Part shown: positions 1-9,359 of the stretch, one piece after another
Layout of the letters: each line of letters starts with the position of its first letter
Position numbering within the stretch: position 1 is the stretch's first letter
Assembly (NCBI GenBank): GCA_964022095.1
Contig: CAXHZO010000006.1
Coordinates: 39,485-103,484 of the forward strand
Origin: an uncultured Arcobacteraceae bacterium
Lineage (GTDB): Bacteria; Campylobacterota; Campylobacteria; Campylobacterales; Arcobacteraceae
DNA length: 64,000 nt
Reading direction: 5' to 3'
Program-made: the position numbers and the translations under genes
Notes under the pieces: generated by a model
What the model was told of the DNA's origin: nothing
What the model saw: the letters and a program-made list of their open reading frames with translations, nothing else
The model's database searches: none

Positions 1-1791
1 ACTACAACGGCAGGTGAATTGTGTTCTTTTGATTTAGAACAAAAAAGAGAATCTTTGTATTTAGATGCAAGTTCTACATGGAATAATATAATTCTTCAAG
101 GTTTTAGTTTTGATATGATAGAAGATATTGAGATACTTTCCATTCCATTATTTAGTGAAAATATAACAGAACAAACAATATCTCACCAAGAGAGAATCAA
201 CAAAATTAAAAATGAAATTGATAGAGTTCAAGTTCCTTTTAACTTTAATCATGAAAATACATTTGCATTAACTATTGTAGATGGTTTATCAAATAGTGAA
301 AGTTTCTTAACAGAAGCTATATATGAAAGTGGTAAATTGCCATGTTTACTTGTTGGTGGAAGTGCTGGAGGTAAATTTGATTTTAAAGATACATATATTT
401 TTAATGATTCTCAAACAGTAAGACATAAAGCTATTATTGCTTTAGTAAAACTAAAATCAAATATCAGATATGGAGTATTTAAATCTCAAAGTGTTGAAAA
501 AACAAATATTTCTTATTTGATTGCTCAATCAAATTTACTAAATAGAAGTGTTCAAAGTGTTTTAGATGAATCTTCAAATAGTATTCAAAACTTTGTTGAT
601 GTTTTATGTAGCCAATTTAGATGTAATCTTGAAGATTTAGCTACAGTTTTAGCTGATTATACTTTTGCGATTGAAGTTGATGGTGAATTATTTATTAGAT
701 CAATTGCAAATATTGATACTGAAAATAAATCAATTTCATTTTTCTGTGATATATCTTTTGGGGATGTTTTACATTTAGTAAAAAATAAAGATTTTGTTGC
801 TCAAACAGATGCAGATTTCAGAAAGTTTAATTCAGGTAAACCAAGCGCTCCAATTGGAGGGATATTAAATGATTGTATTTTAAGAAGATTGTTAAATACA
901 AATAGCTTAAATTCATTAAAAACATTTAGTGATATCCCAGTTGCTGGATTCTCTACTTTTGGAGAGTTATTAGGATTAAATATCAATCAAACTTTAACTG
1001 CACTATTCTTTTATGAAGTTGCAGAAAATGAATCATTCCATGATGAATATGTAGATGGATTTGTACATAAATATTCTAATTTTAGTAAATATTTTACTCA
1101 AAGAGAGATTCATAAATATCAACTAATAGCAAGAGTTAGATCAGCAGTATTAGATTCTTTAAAAGGTGCATTCCCACTAATTAAAGATATGGTAAATATT
1201 TTAAATCATGTTTATCATGATACAACTGAAGGGAATAAAATTATTGTTGATGTAACAACAAAGTTTGAGAAGTTTGTACAAGATATTATGGGAAATGTAG
1301 AAATAAATACTTCTTTAGTTGGAGATATGGAAGACTTAACTAAGAATGCTTCTGAAATTAAAACTGTACTATCATCAATTTCAGGTATTGCAATTCAAAC
1401 TAACTTATTAGCACTAAATGCAGCAATTGAAGCTTCAAGAGCTGGAGAGTTTGGTAATGGATTTAAAGTTGTTGCCGATGAGGTTAAAAAACTTGCTGCA
1501 AAAACTCAAACAAGTTTAACTGAAAGTAATCATTCTGTAGATGTTACTATTAAAAATATTGATACAATTTCTCAAGATATTACTAGTTCAAGTCAAAAAT
1601 TAGAAACAGTTTCAAATGATATGAAAATTATTAATGAATCTATTGAAAAAATCTATAACTCTTCTAAAGAGAGTAATAATTATATTGAAAACAAAAAAGT
1701 TAGTTTTGACCAGTTAATTGAGAGTATTGATCATATTGAAAGAATACATAATCAATTAGAATTATTAAAAGAAAACTTTTCTAGAGATTAA
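1..1791 (+). CDS. FIST-domain methyl-accepting chemotaxis protein (5' partial)
   Basis: Frame is open from base 1 ([13 protein letters not shown] motif). FIST motifs VGGSAG, DCILR and GFSTFGE are present. C-terminal MCP hairpin [37 protein letters not shown]. No TM helix in the visible part. Confidence 0.9.
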   Translation, partial: TTTAGELCSFDLEQKRESLYLDASSTWNNIILQGFSFDMIEDIEILSIPLFSENITEQTISHQERINKIKNEIDRVQVPFNFNHENTFALTIVDGLSNSESFLTEAIYESGKLPCLLVGGSAGGKFDFKDTYIFNDSQTVRHKAIIALVKLKSNIRYGVFKSQSVEKTNISYLIAQSNLLNRSVQSVLDESSNSIQNFVDVLCSQFRCNLEDLATVLADYTFAIEVDGELFIRSIANIDTENKSISFFCDISFGDVLHLVKNKDFVAQTDADFRKFNSGKPSAPIGGILNDCILRRLLNTNSLNSLKTFSDIPVAGFSTFGELLGLNINQTLTALFFYEVAENESFHDEYVDGFVHKYSNFSKYFTQREIHKYQLIARVRSAVLDSLKGAFPLIKDMVNILNHVYHDTTEGNKIIVDVTTKFEKFVQDIMGNVEINTSLVGDMEDLTKNASEIKTVLSSISGIAIQTNLLALNAAIEASRAGEFGNGFKVVADEVKKLAAKTQTSLTESNHSVDVTIKNIDTISQDITSSSQKLETVSNDMKIINESIEKIYNSSKESNNYIENKKVSFDQLIESIDHIERIHNQLELLKENFSRD

Positions 1792-2600
1792 TTCTCTAGA
1801 AGTTCATTATAAATATCTTTTACTTTTCTTCCTGTCATTTTAGAAAGTAGTTTTGCTTTTACTTTGGGAGCTAAATCTAAAGATTCAATATCTTTTAGAT
1901 TTAGATTTTGGCCTTCTGTTTTTAGTGGTTCTATTACTACAACCCATTCACCTCTTATATTTTCACTCTTAAATTGTTCATAAAGGTTTTTTGAACTATC
2001 TTTAAAAGTTGCTTGGTGAAGTTTTGATATCTCTTTTACTAAAAATATTGTTCTATTTTCATCAGCTTTTGCTAATTCTTCTAAAAGTTTTAGAAGTCTG
2101 TGCGGTGATTCATATAAAATTGCTAATTTATTATCGTTTAAAATCTCTTGTAATTTTGATGTTCTCTCAGCACCTTTGTGAGCTAAAAAACCATAAAATG
2201 AAAAAGTAGTATGGGTAAATCCACTCATTGCATATGCTGTTAAAACGGCATTTGCTCCTGGTATTACATCATAGTTAATTTCGTTTTTTATACAAAAATC
2301 AACAAGTGTTGCGCCTGGATCACTAACACAAGGCATTCCTGCGTCACTTACATAAACAACATTTTTAGAAAAAGTATCTTTGTCTAAAGTTTTTAATATT
2401 TGATTTTCATTGTGTGAATGAAATGATTTGTATTCTTTATTTGAAAAGTCTAGGTTATATCTTTGAGATAGTAAATTTAGAAGTTTTTTTGTGACTCTTG
2501 TATCTTCACAAAATATTAGTTCTGACTCCAGTAGTGCATCTAAACTTCTCTTTGAAGTGTCGTCTAGATTTCCTATTGGAGTTGGAACTAAAGTAAGCAC
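1788..2600 (-). CDS. rsmI: 16S rRNA (cytidine1402-2'-O)-methyltransferase
   Basis: Motifs [40 protein letters not shown]. Confidence 0.96.
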   Translation of the reverse strand: MLTLVPTPIGNLDDTSKRSLDALLESELIFCEDTRVTKKLLNLLSQRYNLDFSNKEYKSFHSHNENQILKTLDKDTFSKNVVYVSDAGMPCVSDPGATLVDFCIKNEINYDVIPGANAVLTAYAMSGFTHTTFSFYGFLAHKGAERTSKLQEILNDNKLAILYESPHRLLKLLEELAKADENRTIFLVKEISKLHQATFKDSSKNLYEQFKSENIRGEWVVVIEPLKTEGQNLNLKDIESLDLAPKVKAKLLSKMTGRKVKDIYNELLEN

Positions 2601-2614
2601 TTTTAAGTATTAAC

Positions 2615-2815
2615 TTATTTTTGTGCGTATTTAGCTTTGAATTTCTCAACTCTACCAGCAGCATCAACAATTTTTTGCTCACCAGTAAAGAATGGGTGAC
2701 AAGCATTACAAATGTCAATTCTCATTGTTTCAACATTTGATTTTGTTTCGAACGAGTTACCACAAGCACAAGAAACAGTACAAGCTTTGTAATCTGGGTG
2801 TATATCTTTTTTCAC
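2615..2815 (-). CDS. rpmE: 50S ribosomal protein L31 (zinc-ribbon type)
   Basis: KKDIHPDY...CACG...[10 protein letters not shown]. Start placed at GTG 2815 with AAGGA upstream, not at 2866 as in the ORF track. Confidence 0.97.
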   Translation of the reverse strand: MKKDIHPDYKACTVSCACGNSFETKSNVETMRIDICNACHPFFTGEQKIVDAAGRVEKFKAKYAQK

Positions 2816-2902
2816 GCCATATTCCTTAATATAATTAATGTAAAATAAAAGGTCAAGTCTGTGCATGCCCTTTATTAAACTCTTTTGGAAACGGGATTAT
2901 AT

Positions 2903-3772
2903 CTAAAAAAACTTAAGAATCTCTGAATTTAAGTTTTTTATAATATTTGAAGTTTTATTTTGAAATTGACCTTTATTAAAAGTGTTTTGTCTTTTGGCTA
3001 GTTTTGAAGTATTTAGTGCAATTTTTTCTTCAAGAATCTCTTTTGATATTTTGCCATCTAAGTACTCAAGTGTTTCTACAATACCAATAGAGCTCATGCA
3101 ATTGGGTTTCCTTGTATATTTTGATTCAAGATTTATTACTTCATCAATAATACCTTCTTCAATCATCTGTTTTGTTCTAAGTTTAATTCTTTGTCTTAAC
3201 TCTTCTTTTTCCCATAAAATTTCAAAAATTTTCAAATCTTTTGCAACTGGAATTTTTTGGTTTTCTTCAAAGTATTGACTTGGTGTTTTATTTGTAACTT
3301 TAAATATTTCATAGGCTTTTTGAATTCTATATGTGTCATTTCTTTTTATATTTTCCATATAAGTTTTATCTAAATTATAAAGTAAATCATATGCTTCTTC
3401 TTTTGGAATATCTAAAGGAAATTTCTTTTTTATACCTTGTGATAAGCCATCAGTTAAGGCCTTTAGATAAAAGCTTGTACCACCTACTATAATTAAATTC
3501 TTATTATTATTTTGTGCAAATTGTTTTGCTTGTTTATATAGATTTATAAATTGTGTTACATCAAATTCATTATTTGGATATACAACATCAATCCCAAAAT
3601 GAATAATATCTCCTCTTTCCTCTTTTGTAGGTTTTGCAGATGCTATATCAATCTCTTTGTAAACTGATAAAGAATCAAGGGATAATATAATTGAATTTGT
3701 TTTTTGTGCTATTTCTATAGATAAAGCTGTTTTGCCTGAAGCTGTTGAGCCTATTATTGCGATTTCTTTCAT
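2903..3772 (-). CDS. miaA: tRNA dimethylallyltransferase
   Basis: GSTASGKT P-loop, DSLSVY, SAKP, VGGTSFY, AKRQ. Confidence 0.96.
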   Translation of the reverse strand: MKEIAIIGSTASGKTALSIEIAQKTNSIILSLDSLSVYKEIDIASAKPTKEERGDIIHFGIDVVYPNNEFDVTQFINLYKQAKQFAQNNNKNLIIVGGTSFYLKALTDGLSQGIKKKFPLDIPKEEAYDLLYNLDKTYMENIKRNDTYRIQKAYEIFKVTNKTPSQYFEENQKIPVAKDLKIFEILWEKEELRQRIKLRTKQMIEEGIIDEVINLESKYTRKPNCMSSIGIVETLEYLDGKISKEILEEKIALNTSKLAKRQNTFNKGQFQNKTSNIIKNLNSEILKFF

Positions 3773-3807
3773 AGAGATATTTTATCTAAGAAATAGTGAA
3801 ATAGTTC

Positions 3808-4011
3808 TTATTTTGAAAGGTTTTGTTTTTTACAATCTTCTAGTTCTCTAGTAAGGTTGTTTATCTCTTTTTCTTTTTGAATTAAAGTTTTTAGTAGTTG
3901 AGAAATATCTTGAGTATTAGAATCAATCATATCTGTTTGTGATTTTGAGCTACATCCTGTAAATAAAATGGCCATAAATATTGTAATTGTTGTAATTTTT
4001 AGTATTTTCAT
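3808..4011 (-). CDS. small coiled-coil lipoprotein, unknown function
   Basis: Signal peptide with lipobox FTGC, followed by a heptad-like C-terminus. Confidence 0.7.
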   Translation of the reverse strand: MKILKITTITIFMAILFTGCSSKSQTDMIDSNTQDISQLLKTLIQKEKEINNLTRELEDCKKQNLSK

Positions 4012-4036
4012 TGTCTTTCTAATGTATGAGATAGTT

Positions 4037-4068
4037 AAACAAAGAAGTGATTAAACACTTCTTTGTTT
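4037..4068 (-). terminator. hairpin downstream of the repeat lipoprotein gene
   Basis: Inverted repeat AAACAAAGAAGTG-attaaa-CACTTCTTTGTTT. Confidence 0.6.
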
Positions 4069-4079
4069 TGGAAAAGATA

Positions 4080-5306
4080 TTATAGTCCTAAAGACTTTAA
4101 TGTTTCTAAAGTTAAAGCACCTTGGTTTAACTTTTTGTCTTTTTGGTATGCATTAACTGCAGCTTTTGTTTCAGGTCCATATACACCATCAATTTTTGTA
4201 ATGTTGTATTTTTTAGCTTTTAAAGCTGATTGTAAGTTAGAAATAACATTTGCAGTTGTATTAGTTTCACATAAGATTGGTTGCCATCTTAAGTAAGACT
4301 CAGCAGTTTTAACTTTTGTTGGAACCATAGTATATACAGCTGGAACTTCAGTTTTAACTTCTTTTGCAGGAGTTGCGATTTCTCTTGTTTTTACAATTTT
4401 GCAAACTGCAGGAATTTTAACTTCTTTAGTAGTAGCTGGAGTTGCTACAACTTGTTTAGTTACTGTTTTATATACAGCTGGAGTTACAACTTTTTTAGTT
4501 GTTGGAGGAGTAGCAACTACTCTTCTAGTAACAGTTTTGTAAACAGCTGGAGTTTTAATTTCTTTAGTTGATGCAGGAGTTGCAATAACTTTTTTAGTAA
4601 CAGTTTTGTAAACAGCTGGTACTTCAACTAAACACATGATATCACCTGTAGAGTTGTTAACTTTTTCAATTTCACCTCTACCTTTTTTCCAAGTTGTGTA
4701 TGCATCACTGATTTTGATTTTTTCAGTTACAGTTTTATATGTAGCTGGCATAGTAACTAATTTAGTTTTTTCTGGCTCAACCATAATTTTTTCAGAAACA
4801 GTTTTGTAAGTAGCTGGAACTGGAATTAATTTTGTTGCTTGAGGTTTTACTAAAATCTTTTCAGTAATTGTTTTGTATGTTTCAGGAACTTCAACTAATT
4901 TTGTTGATTCTTCTCTTAAAGTTACTTTCTTTTCAACTAATTTGTAAGTTGCAGGAATGATTTTAATGTCTTGTTTTGACTCTTTAACTAATTTTTTGAT
5001 CATTTTAGTTTCATATTGTTCAGGAACTAAAACTTTCGCATAACACTCACCAGCTTTTGCATTTGGTGGAACTAATGAGTTAGCTACAGCATTACCATCT
5101 TTTGATTCTGCGTTCATTGCATTAATTGAGTTTAATGCTTTTGTTTTGTCTGCCTCTAATTGTGAGATTTGAGCATCTTTAGCCTCTAATGCTTTTTGTA
5201 AATCTGCAACAGAGCTAGATACAACTTCTTCTTTTGAAGAACAACCACTCATACCAATAATTGCAGCAGCCGCAAGAATTGCTGAATTTCTTAAATATTT
5301 AGTCAT
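4080..5306 (-). CDS. lipoprotein with about ten 23-aa PAxYKTV repeats and a C-terminal peptidoglycan-binding domain
   Basis: Lipobox MSGC. Repeats (V/I/T)PAxYKTV with 23-aa spacing. C-terminal LQSAL...IDGVYGPETKAAVNAYQ matches PG_binding_1. Confidence 0.85.
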   Translation of the reverse strand: MTKYLRNSAILAAAAIIGMSGCSSKEEVVSSSVADLQKALEAKDAQISQLEADKTKALNSINAMNAESKDGNAVANSLVPPNAKAGECYAKVLVPEQYETKMIKKLVKESKQDIKIIPATYKLVEKKVTLREESTKLVEVPETYKTITEKILVKPQATKLIPVPATYKTVSEKIMVEPEKTKLVTMPATYKTVTEKIKISDAYTTWKKGRGEIEKVNNSTGDIMCLVEVPAVYKTVTKKVIATPASTKEIKTPAVYKTVTRRVVATPPTTKKVVTPAVYKTVTKQVVATPATTKEVKIPAVCKIVKTREIATPAKEVKTEVPAVYTMVPTKVKTAESYLRWQPILCETNTTANVISNLQSALKAKKYNITKIDGVYGPETKAAVNAYQKDKKLNQGALTLETLKSLGL

Positions 5307-5428
5307 AATGTTTCCTTTAAAATTTATGTTATCGATGCTATAATATCAAAATAATCATAAAGCTCACTTTAAAATAATAAATCTTGTGATATAATTATTC
5401 AAACACAATAAAACTTAAGGAGACAAAT

Positions 5429-5908
5429 TTGAAAAAATTAGTATTATCAACAGTATTAGGATTAACTGCAAGTGTTGCATTAAACGCAGCAGATTGTATT
5501 ATGGTAAAAGAATTAAATGTAGAGTTTAAAAATGCTTCTACTGTATACGCAAACAGTGCAGAATATCAAGAAGTTAAAGATTATGCAAACTTTTTAAAGC
5601 AAACAGGTTTATATGCATTAATTGAAGGGCATACAAGTTCTTTATCAGGTGCAAAATACAATTATGATTTATCTACAAAAAGAGCTGCAAAAGTAAGATC
5701 TACATTAGTTTCTTTAGGTGTTAATCCATCTCAAGTAAAATCAATGGGTTATGGTGAATCAACTCCTTTATATAATAACAACACTGCTGAAGGTGAAGCT
5801 AAAAATAGAAGAGTAAGAGGAGAAGTATTTAATAGTGCTTCTGAATTAAGTACTTACATCTCTTCAGAAAAAAATAGAATCTCTTCAATCAAATTCCAAG
5901 AACAATAA
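5429..5908 (+). CDS. OmpA-like C-terminal (peptidoglycan-binding) domain protein
   Basis: IEGHT...YNYDLSTKRA...GYGESTP...NRRV. Signal peptide, TTG start with AAGGAG. Confidence 0.9.
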   Translation: MKKLVLSTVLGLTASVALNAADCIMVKELNVEFKNASTVYANSAEYQEVKDYANFLKQTGLYALIEGHTSSLSGAKYNYDLSTKRAAKVRSTLVSLGVNPSQVKSMGYGESTPLYNNNTAEGEAKNRRVRGEVFNSASELSTYISSEKNRISSIKFQEQ

Positions 5909-5913
5909 TTAAT

Positions 5914-5945
5914 TAAGTAAAGAGGGAACTCTTTACTTATTTTTT
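5914..5945 (+). terminator. rho-independent terminator
   Basis: TAAGTAAAGAG-ggaa-CTCTTTACTTA followed by a T run. Confidence 0.8.
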
Positions 5946-5960
5946 GATACAATCCAAATT

Positions 5961-6821
5961 ATGGATAAATTGTTAAAAAAATTAAACGACTTTAATGAAC
6001 TAGTAATGTTCAAACACTCTATTTTTTCTCTACCTTTTATATTTATTGCAATGATAGTTGCAGCTGATGGTTGGTTTGGATTTTCTTTACTTATATTAGG
6101 TATTTTAGCTGCATTAACTGCACGAAATTTTGCAATGGGATTTAATAGATATTTAGATAGAGACATTGATGCTTTAAACCCAAGAACTGCTTCTCGACCA
6201 AATGTAGATGGTAGATTAAGTGCAAATCAAATATTGATATTTACTTTAGCTAATGGCTTAGGATTTATTTTTGTTGCATATTTTGTAAATGATTTAGCTT
6301 TATTGCTTTCATTACCTATATTAATAGTTATTGGTTCTTACTCATATTTTAAGAGATTTTCATTTCTCGCTCATTTAATATTAGGTGTTTCTTTAGGACT
6401 TGCTCCAATTGCTGGGGTAGTTGCTGTTAGTGAAACTATAACTTTATGGTCAGTATTATTAAGTATTGGTGTAATGTTTTGGGTTGCTGGATTTGATTTA
6501 TTATATTCACTTCAAGATATAGATGTAGATAAAGAGTTAGGTTTACACTCTATTCCTTCAAAGTTTGGTGCAAAAAATACAATGAATATCTCAAAGGTCT
6601 TTCATGTATTAACAGTACTTTTTTGGTTACTTTTTGTAATTCAATCAAACGGAAGTATATTTTCATATTTAGCAATTATTATTAGTGCTGTGATGTTATC
6701 TTATGAACACTATTTAGTAAATAAAGATTTTAGAAAAATCGACAGAGCATTTTTTACAGTTAATGGATATTTAGGAATAGTATTCTTTTTCTTAATATTA
6801 TTAGATACAATTTTTTACTAA
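5961..6821 (+). CDS. mqnP: UbiA-family prenyltransferase, futalosine-pathway MqnP type
   Basis: FKHSIFSLPF, ARNFAMGFNRYLDRDIDALNPRT, WVAGFDLLYSLQD; multiple TM helices. Confidence 0.85.
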   Translation: MDKLLKKLNDFNELVMFKHSIFSLPFIFIAMIVAADGWFGFSLLILGILAALTARNFAMGFNRYLDRDIDALNPRTASRPNVDGRLSANQILIFTLANGLGFIFVAYFVNDLALLLSLPILIVIGSYSYFKRFSFLAHLILGVSLGLAPIAGVVAVSETITLWSVLLSIGVMFWVAGFDLLYSLQDIDVDKELGLHSIPSKFGAKNTMNISKVFHVLTVLFWLLFVIQSNGSIFSYLAIIISAVMLSYEHYLVNKDFRKIDRAFFTVNGYLGIVFFFLILLDTIFY

Positions 6822-6859
6822 AAGTTTAAGTTAGTATTTGATAATATTCCAACTCTAAC

Positions 6860-6936
6860 GCGTCTATGGCTCAACTGGATAGAGCTCCCGGTTTCGGCCC
6901 GGGTGGTTGTGGGTTCGAATCCTACTAGGCGTGCCA
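6860..6936 (+). tRNA. tRNA-Arg(TCG)
   Basis: Cloverleaf: acceptor GCGTCTA/TAGGCGT, D arm GCTC/GAGC, anticodon stem CCCGG/CCGGG with loop TT-TCG-GC, T arm GTGGG-TTCGAAT-CCTAC, encoded CCA. Confidence 0.97.
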
Positions 6937-7173
6937 CTTATTTATAATCCAATCTTTATTAAACATTTATAAAAAATAGCTTAACTGTAAAATAAATAAT
7001 TCTTATCATTAAATAACACATTAATATTATTATTAGGTAAAAAAACTTATTAATCCCCATTTTAAAGTATATTAAAAAGTATAAAATGATCTGCTAGTTG
7101 CTTTTTTAAGTAAAATAATCAAGTTATTAATTTAAATATAATTATGTATTAAGCTAATATTTATAATATTTTA

Positions 7174-7182
7174 TGCTATAAT
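7174..7182 (+). promoter_or_regulatory. extended -10 promoter for the type IV filament-like cluster
   Basis: TGcTATAAT about 40 bp upstream of ATG 7223, with AAGGA RBS in between. Confidence 0.6.
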
Positions 7183-7222
7183 AAATAAGCAAATAAATTC
7201 AAAATAGAGATAAAGGATGTAA

Positions 7223-7777
7223 ATGCCTTATATAGTGGCTTCAATTATAGCAGCAGTATCTGCTATGATAATACTCTTTACAAGATATGAAGCTGATGAT
7301 AGTGCAATTATGTCTCAAATTGAAAAGATGAAAACAATGCTTTCTATGGTAGATGGTTATGTTAATACATATATCGAATCAGGAGGAGCTTTAGCTGATA
7401 TTAATTTTCAAGTATTAGATGATGCTGGTATTTTGATGAACGTAGGGACTGGACAGAGTAATACAAGATTAAATCCAAGTGATGATTCTGGTACTATTGA
7501 AACAACTATGCGTTTACCAAATGATGATGTAATTTGGCATATAATTCCAAATAAAGCAGATACTAGCTCTTATAAGCTTTTAGTTAACATGAGTGGTGAT
7601 TCTTCTTTGATGAGTAAAGCTATATTCTCTGAAGGATTTGTAGGTAGAGAGTATTGTGAAAAAATGTTATTTGGAGAACTGCAAAGAACTCAAAATCAGT
7701 TTGATGGTACAGATGATTTTGAAGATGATTCAGGCTCAAATGACGATGGAATATTTGTTTGTGTTGTATATAAATAG
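7223..7777 (+). CDS. pilin-like protein, no class III leader
   Basis: N-terminal hydrophobic helix then an amphipathic helix ending in VNTYIES; late Cys pair (YCEK...FVCV); context next to secretin and ATPase. Confidence 0.55.
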   Translation: MPYIVASIIAAVSAMIILFTRYEADDSAIMSQIEKMKTMLSMVDGYVNTYIESGGALADINFQVLDDAGILMNVGTGQSNTRLNPSDDSGTIETTMRLPNDDVIWHIIPNKADTSSYKLLVNMSGDSSLMSKAIFSEGFVGREYCEKMLFGELQRTQNQFDGTDDFEDDSGSNDDGIFVCVVYK

Positions 7778-7788
7778 ATTTTCTTTGT

Positions 7789-7804
7789 TGTGATTTAAAT
7801 CACA
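7789..7804. promoter_or_regulatory. perfect CRP/FNR-family type palindrome
   Basis: TGTGA-TTTAAA-TCACA, a perfect 16-bp palindrome matching the TGTGA-N6-TCACA consensus. Confidence 0.6.
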
Positions 7805-7810
7805 TTTATG

Positions 7811-7826
7811 GGTAGGTAGGTAGGTA
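7811..7826 (+). repeat. (GGTA)4 tandem repeat
   Basis: GGTAGGTAGGTAGGTA in an otherwise AT-rich intergenic region. Confidence 0.85.
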
Positions 7827-7857
7827 TCAAAAAATTTAATATAAAAAGGGTCAAAAA

Positions 7858-8535
7858 ATGCCACAACTGATAGCAATGGTAATAGTAGTAGTTGGAGCTA
7901 TGATATATATGTTCCAAACATTTGGTGGAACTGGTGATAAACTTGAAGGTGTTGCACAAAAATCAAGTATAATTACAGAAATTAATAATATAAAAGATGG
8001 GTTAATATATGCATCAGAAGCAGAACAAATAGCACAAACTGCAAGTGCTGCAACTGATACATTTAACACATTATCTGCTTTAGGTGGTTTAAAGTATTTT
8101 GATGAGCAAATTAATGAGCAAGTTGTAGATAATGCAAATGCTACTGATTATCCTACAACTAATGATGATAATGCTTATTATGGTATTTCTTTCGGTGGCC
8201 AAAATCCTGATAATCAAGGTGGAGTAGTTTTAAAACTAGTTTCAATTCAAAATATGGTTCCTGGAATATTTGTTGATTTATCAAGTGGAAATTTAAAAGA
8301 TAATGCTCCATTTTTAGAAACACAAATAGCAAAAGACTTAGAGGTAATTGCATATATCGATAGAGGAGCACAAGATGAGACTGATGTTGGATCTACAGCT
8401 CAAGATACAACTAGCACAACTGGAATACTTACAAGAATTCCTGCCGATAAAGATGCAGCAACTGATGCACAGAGAACTGACGGTAAATTTATTGTTTACT
8501 TCAAAGATTTTGGGCCAGATAAAATAGTTAAATAA
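7858..8535 (+). CDS. candidate major pilin-like subunit, no class III leader
   Basis: MPQLIAMVIVVVGAMIYMFQTFGG hydrophobic N-terminus, amphipathic helix SIITEINNIKDGL, Gly/Thr/Ala-rich head; bracketed by regulatory elements. Confidence 0.6.
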   Translation: MPQLIAMVIVVVGAMIYMFQTFGGTGDKLEGVAQKSSIITEINNIKDGLIYASEAEQIAQTASAATDTFNTLSALGGLKYFDEQINEQVVDNANATDYPTTNDDNAYYGISFGGQNPDNQGGVVLKLVSIQNMVPGIFVDLSSGNLKDNAPFLETQIAKDLEVIAYIDRGAQDETDVGSTAQDTTSTTGILTRIPADKDAATDAQRTDGKFIVYFKDFGPDKIVK

Positions 8536-8561
8536 TATTTAGGCTTTCGCCTAAATATTAT
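8532..8561 (+). terminator. strong hairpin after the pilin-like gene
   Basis: ATAATATTTAGGC-tttc-GCCTAAATATTAT. Confidence 0.7.
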
Positions 8562-8577
8562 ATTCTTTATTTAAAAC

Positions 8578-8617
8578 AAAAACTAAGTGCTAAATATAGC
8601 ATTTAGTTTTTATTTTT
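8578..8617 (+). terminator. second hairpin with T tail inside the operon
   Basis: AAAAACTAAGTGCTA-aata-TAGCATTTAGTTTTT (one G-U pair), then ATTTTT. Confidence 0.6.
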
Positions 8618-8633
8618 ACGAAAGGTTTTATAA

Positions 8634-9359
8634 ATGTTCGCGGCAAATATATGGCTAACATCGGCACTTATTGTTACAGCTATATTCTCTGCATCAGCGA
8701 TGTATAAATCTTATAGTGACCTAAATGAAGCAAAGCAAATTCAAGAGCACTTTGAAATAATCACTGATATTAAAATACTACTTGCAAAACAATACAATAA
8801 AAATCCAAATGAAATTACAAGAGATGAAATAATAGCTTATCTACCAAAAGGTGGTAACTGGGATAAGGTTTTACTTTTAGATAGAAATAACGATAGTACA
8901 TTAAGTGAAGACGAACTTGTAAATGATGATGGACAAATAGAAATTGATGAAAATGAAAAAGTAAAACTTCTTGCATTAAAAGCTAAAATGAATAATTCTT
9001 TGGCAACTGCAAATATGAGTGCAACAGATGGAAAATATACCTTTGATATAGCACACAATAAAAGTATAAAGCAAAAAGATAAAACCATAGAAGATAGTTT
9101 AAATAAAGCAATCTACTATGCAATACAAGAAGCTATTTATGGCACGCAAACAGATTATACAACCTTATCAGCTGATATGGTAGATGATTTTATTCCTTTA
9201 TCAGATATGTATCATGATTTAAGTGATATAGGTTTAGTAGATGATGATGAAATAACAAAGAAAAAAATATATTTTAAAGCTTTATTAAAACAAAGATTAG
9301 AAAAGAGTCTTAATCCCCAAGAAGCAAAGCTTTATAAACTAATGAAAGATGAATTATGA
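8634..9359 (+). CDS. pilin-like/bitopic protein of the filament cluster
   Basis: Hydrophobic N-terminus, amphipathic helix, then EIIAYLPKG motif reminiscent of pilin heads. Confidence 0.45.
   Translation: MFAANIWLTSALIVTAIFSASAMYKSYSDLNEAKQIQEHFEIITDIKILLAKQYNKNPNEITRDEIIAYLPKGGNWDKVLLLDRNNDSTLSEDELVNDDGQIEIDENEKVKLLALKAKMNNSLATANMSATDGKYTFDIAHNKSIKQKDKTIEDSLNKAIYYAIQEAIYGTQTDYTTLSADMVDDFIPLSDMYHDLSDIGLVDDDEITKKKIYFKALLKQRLEKSLNPQEAKLYKLMKDEL

Noticed and set aside
2816-2866. 17-aa N-terminal extension of L31 in the ORF track
   Set aside because: Homology begins at GTG 2815, which has an AAGGA RBS.
4290-5030. CRISPR array or non-coding tandem repeat
   Set aside because: The 69-bp periodicity is degenerate and in frame within a protein; there is no repeat-spacer structure and no cas gene.
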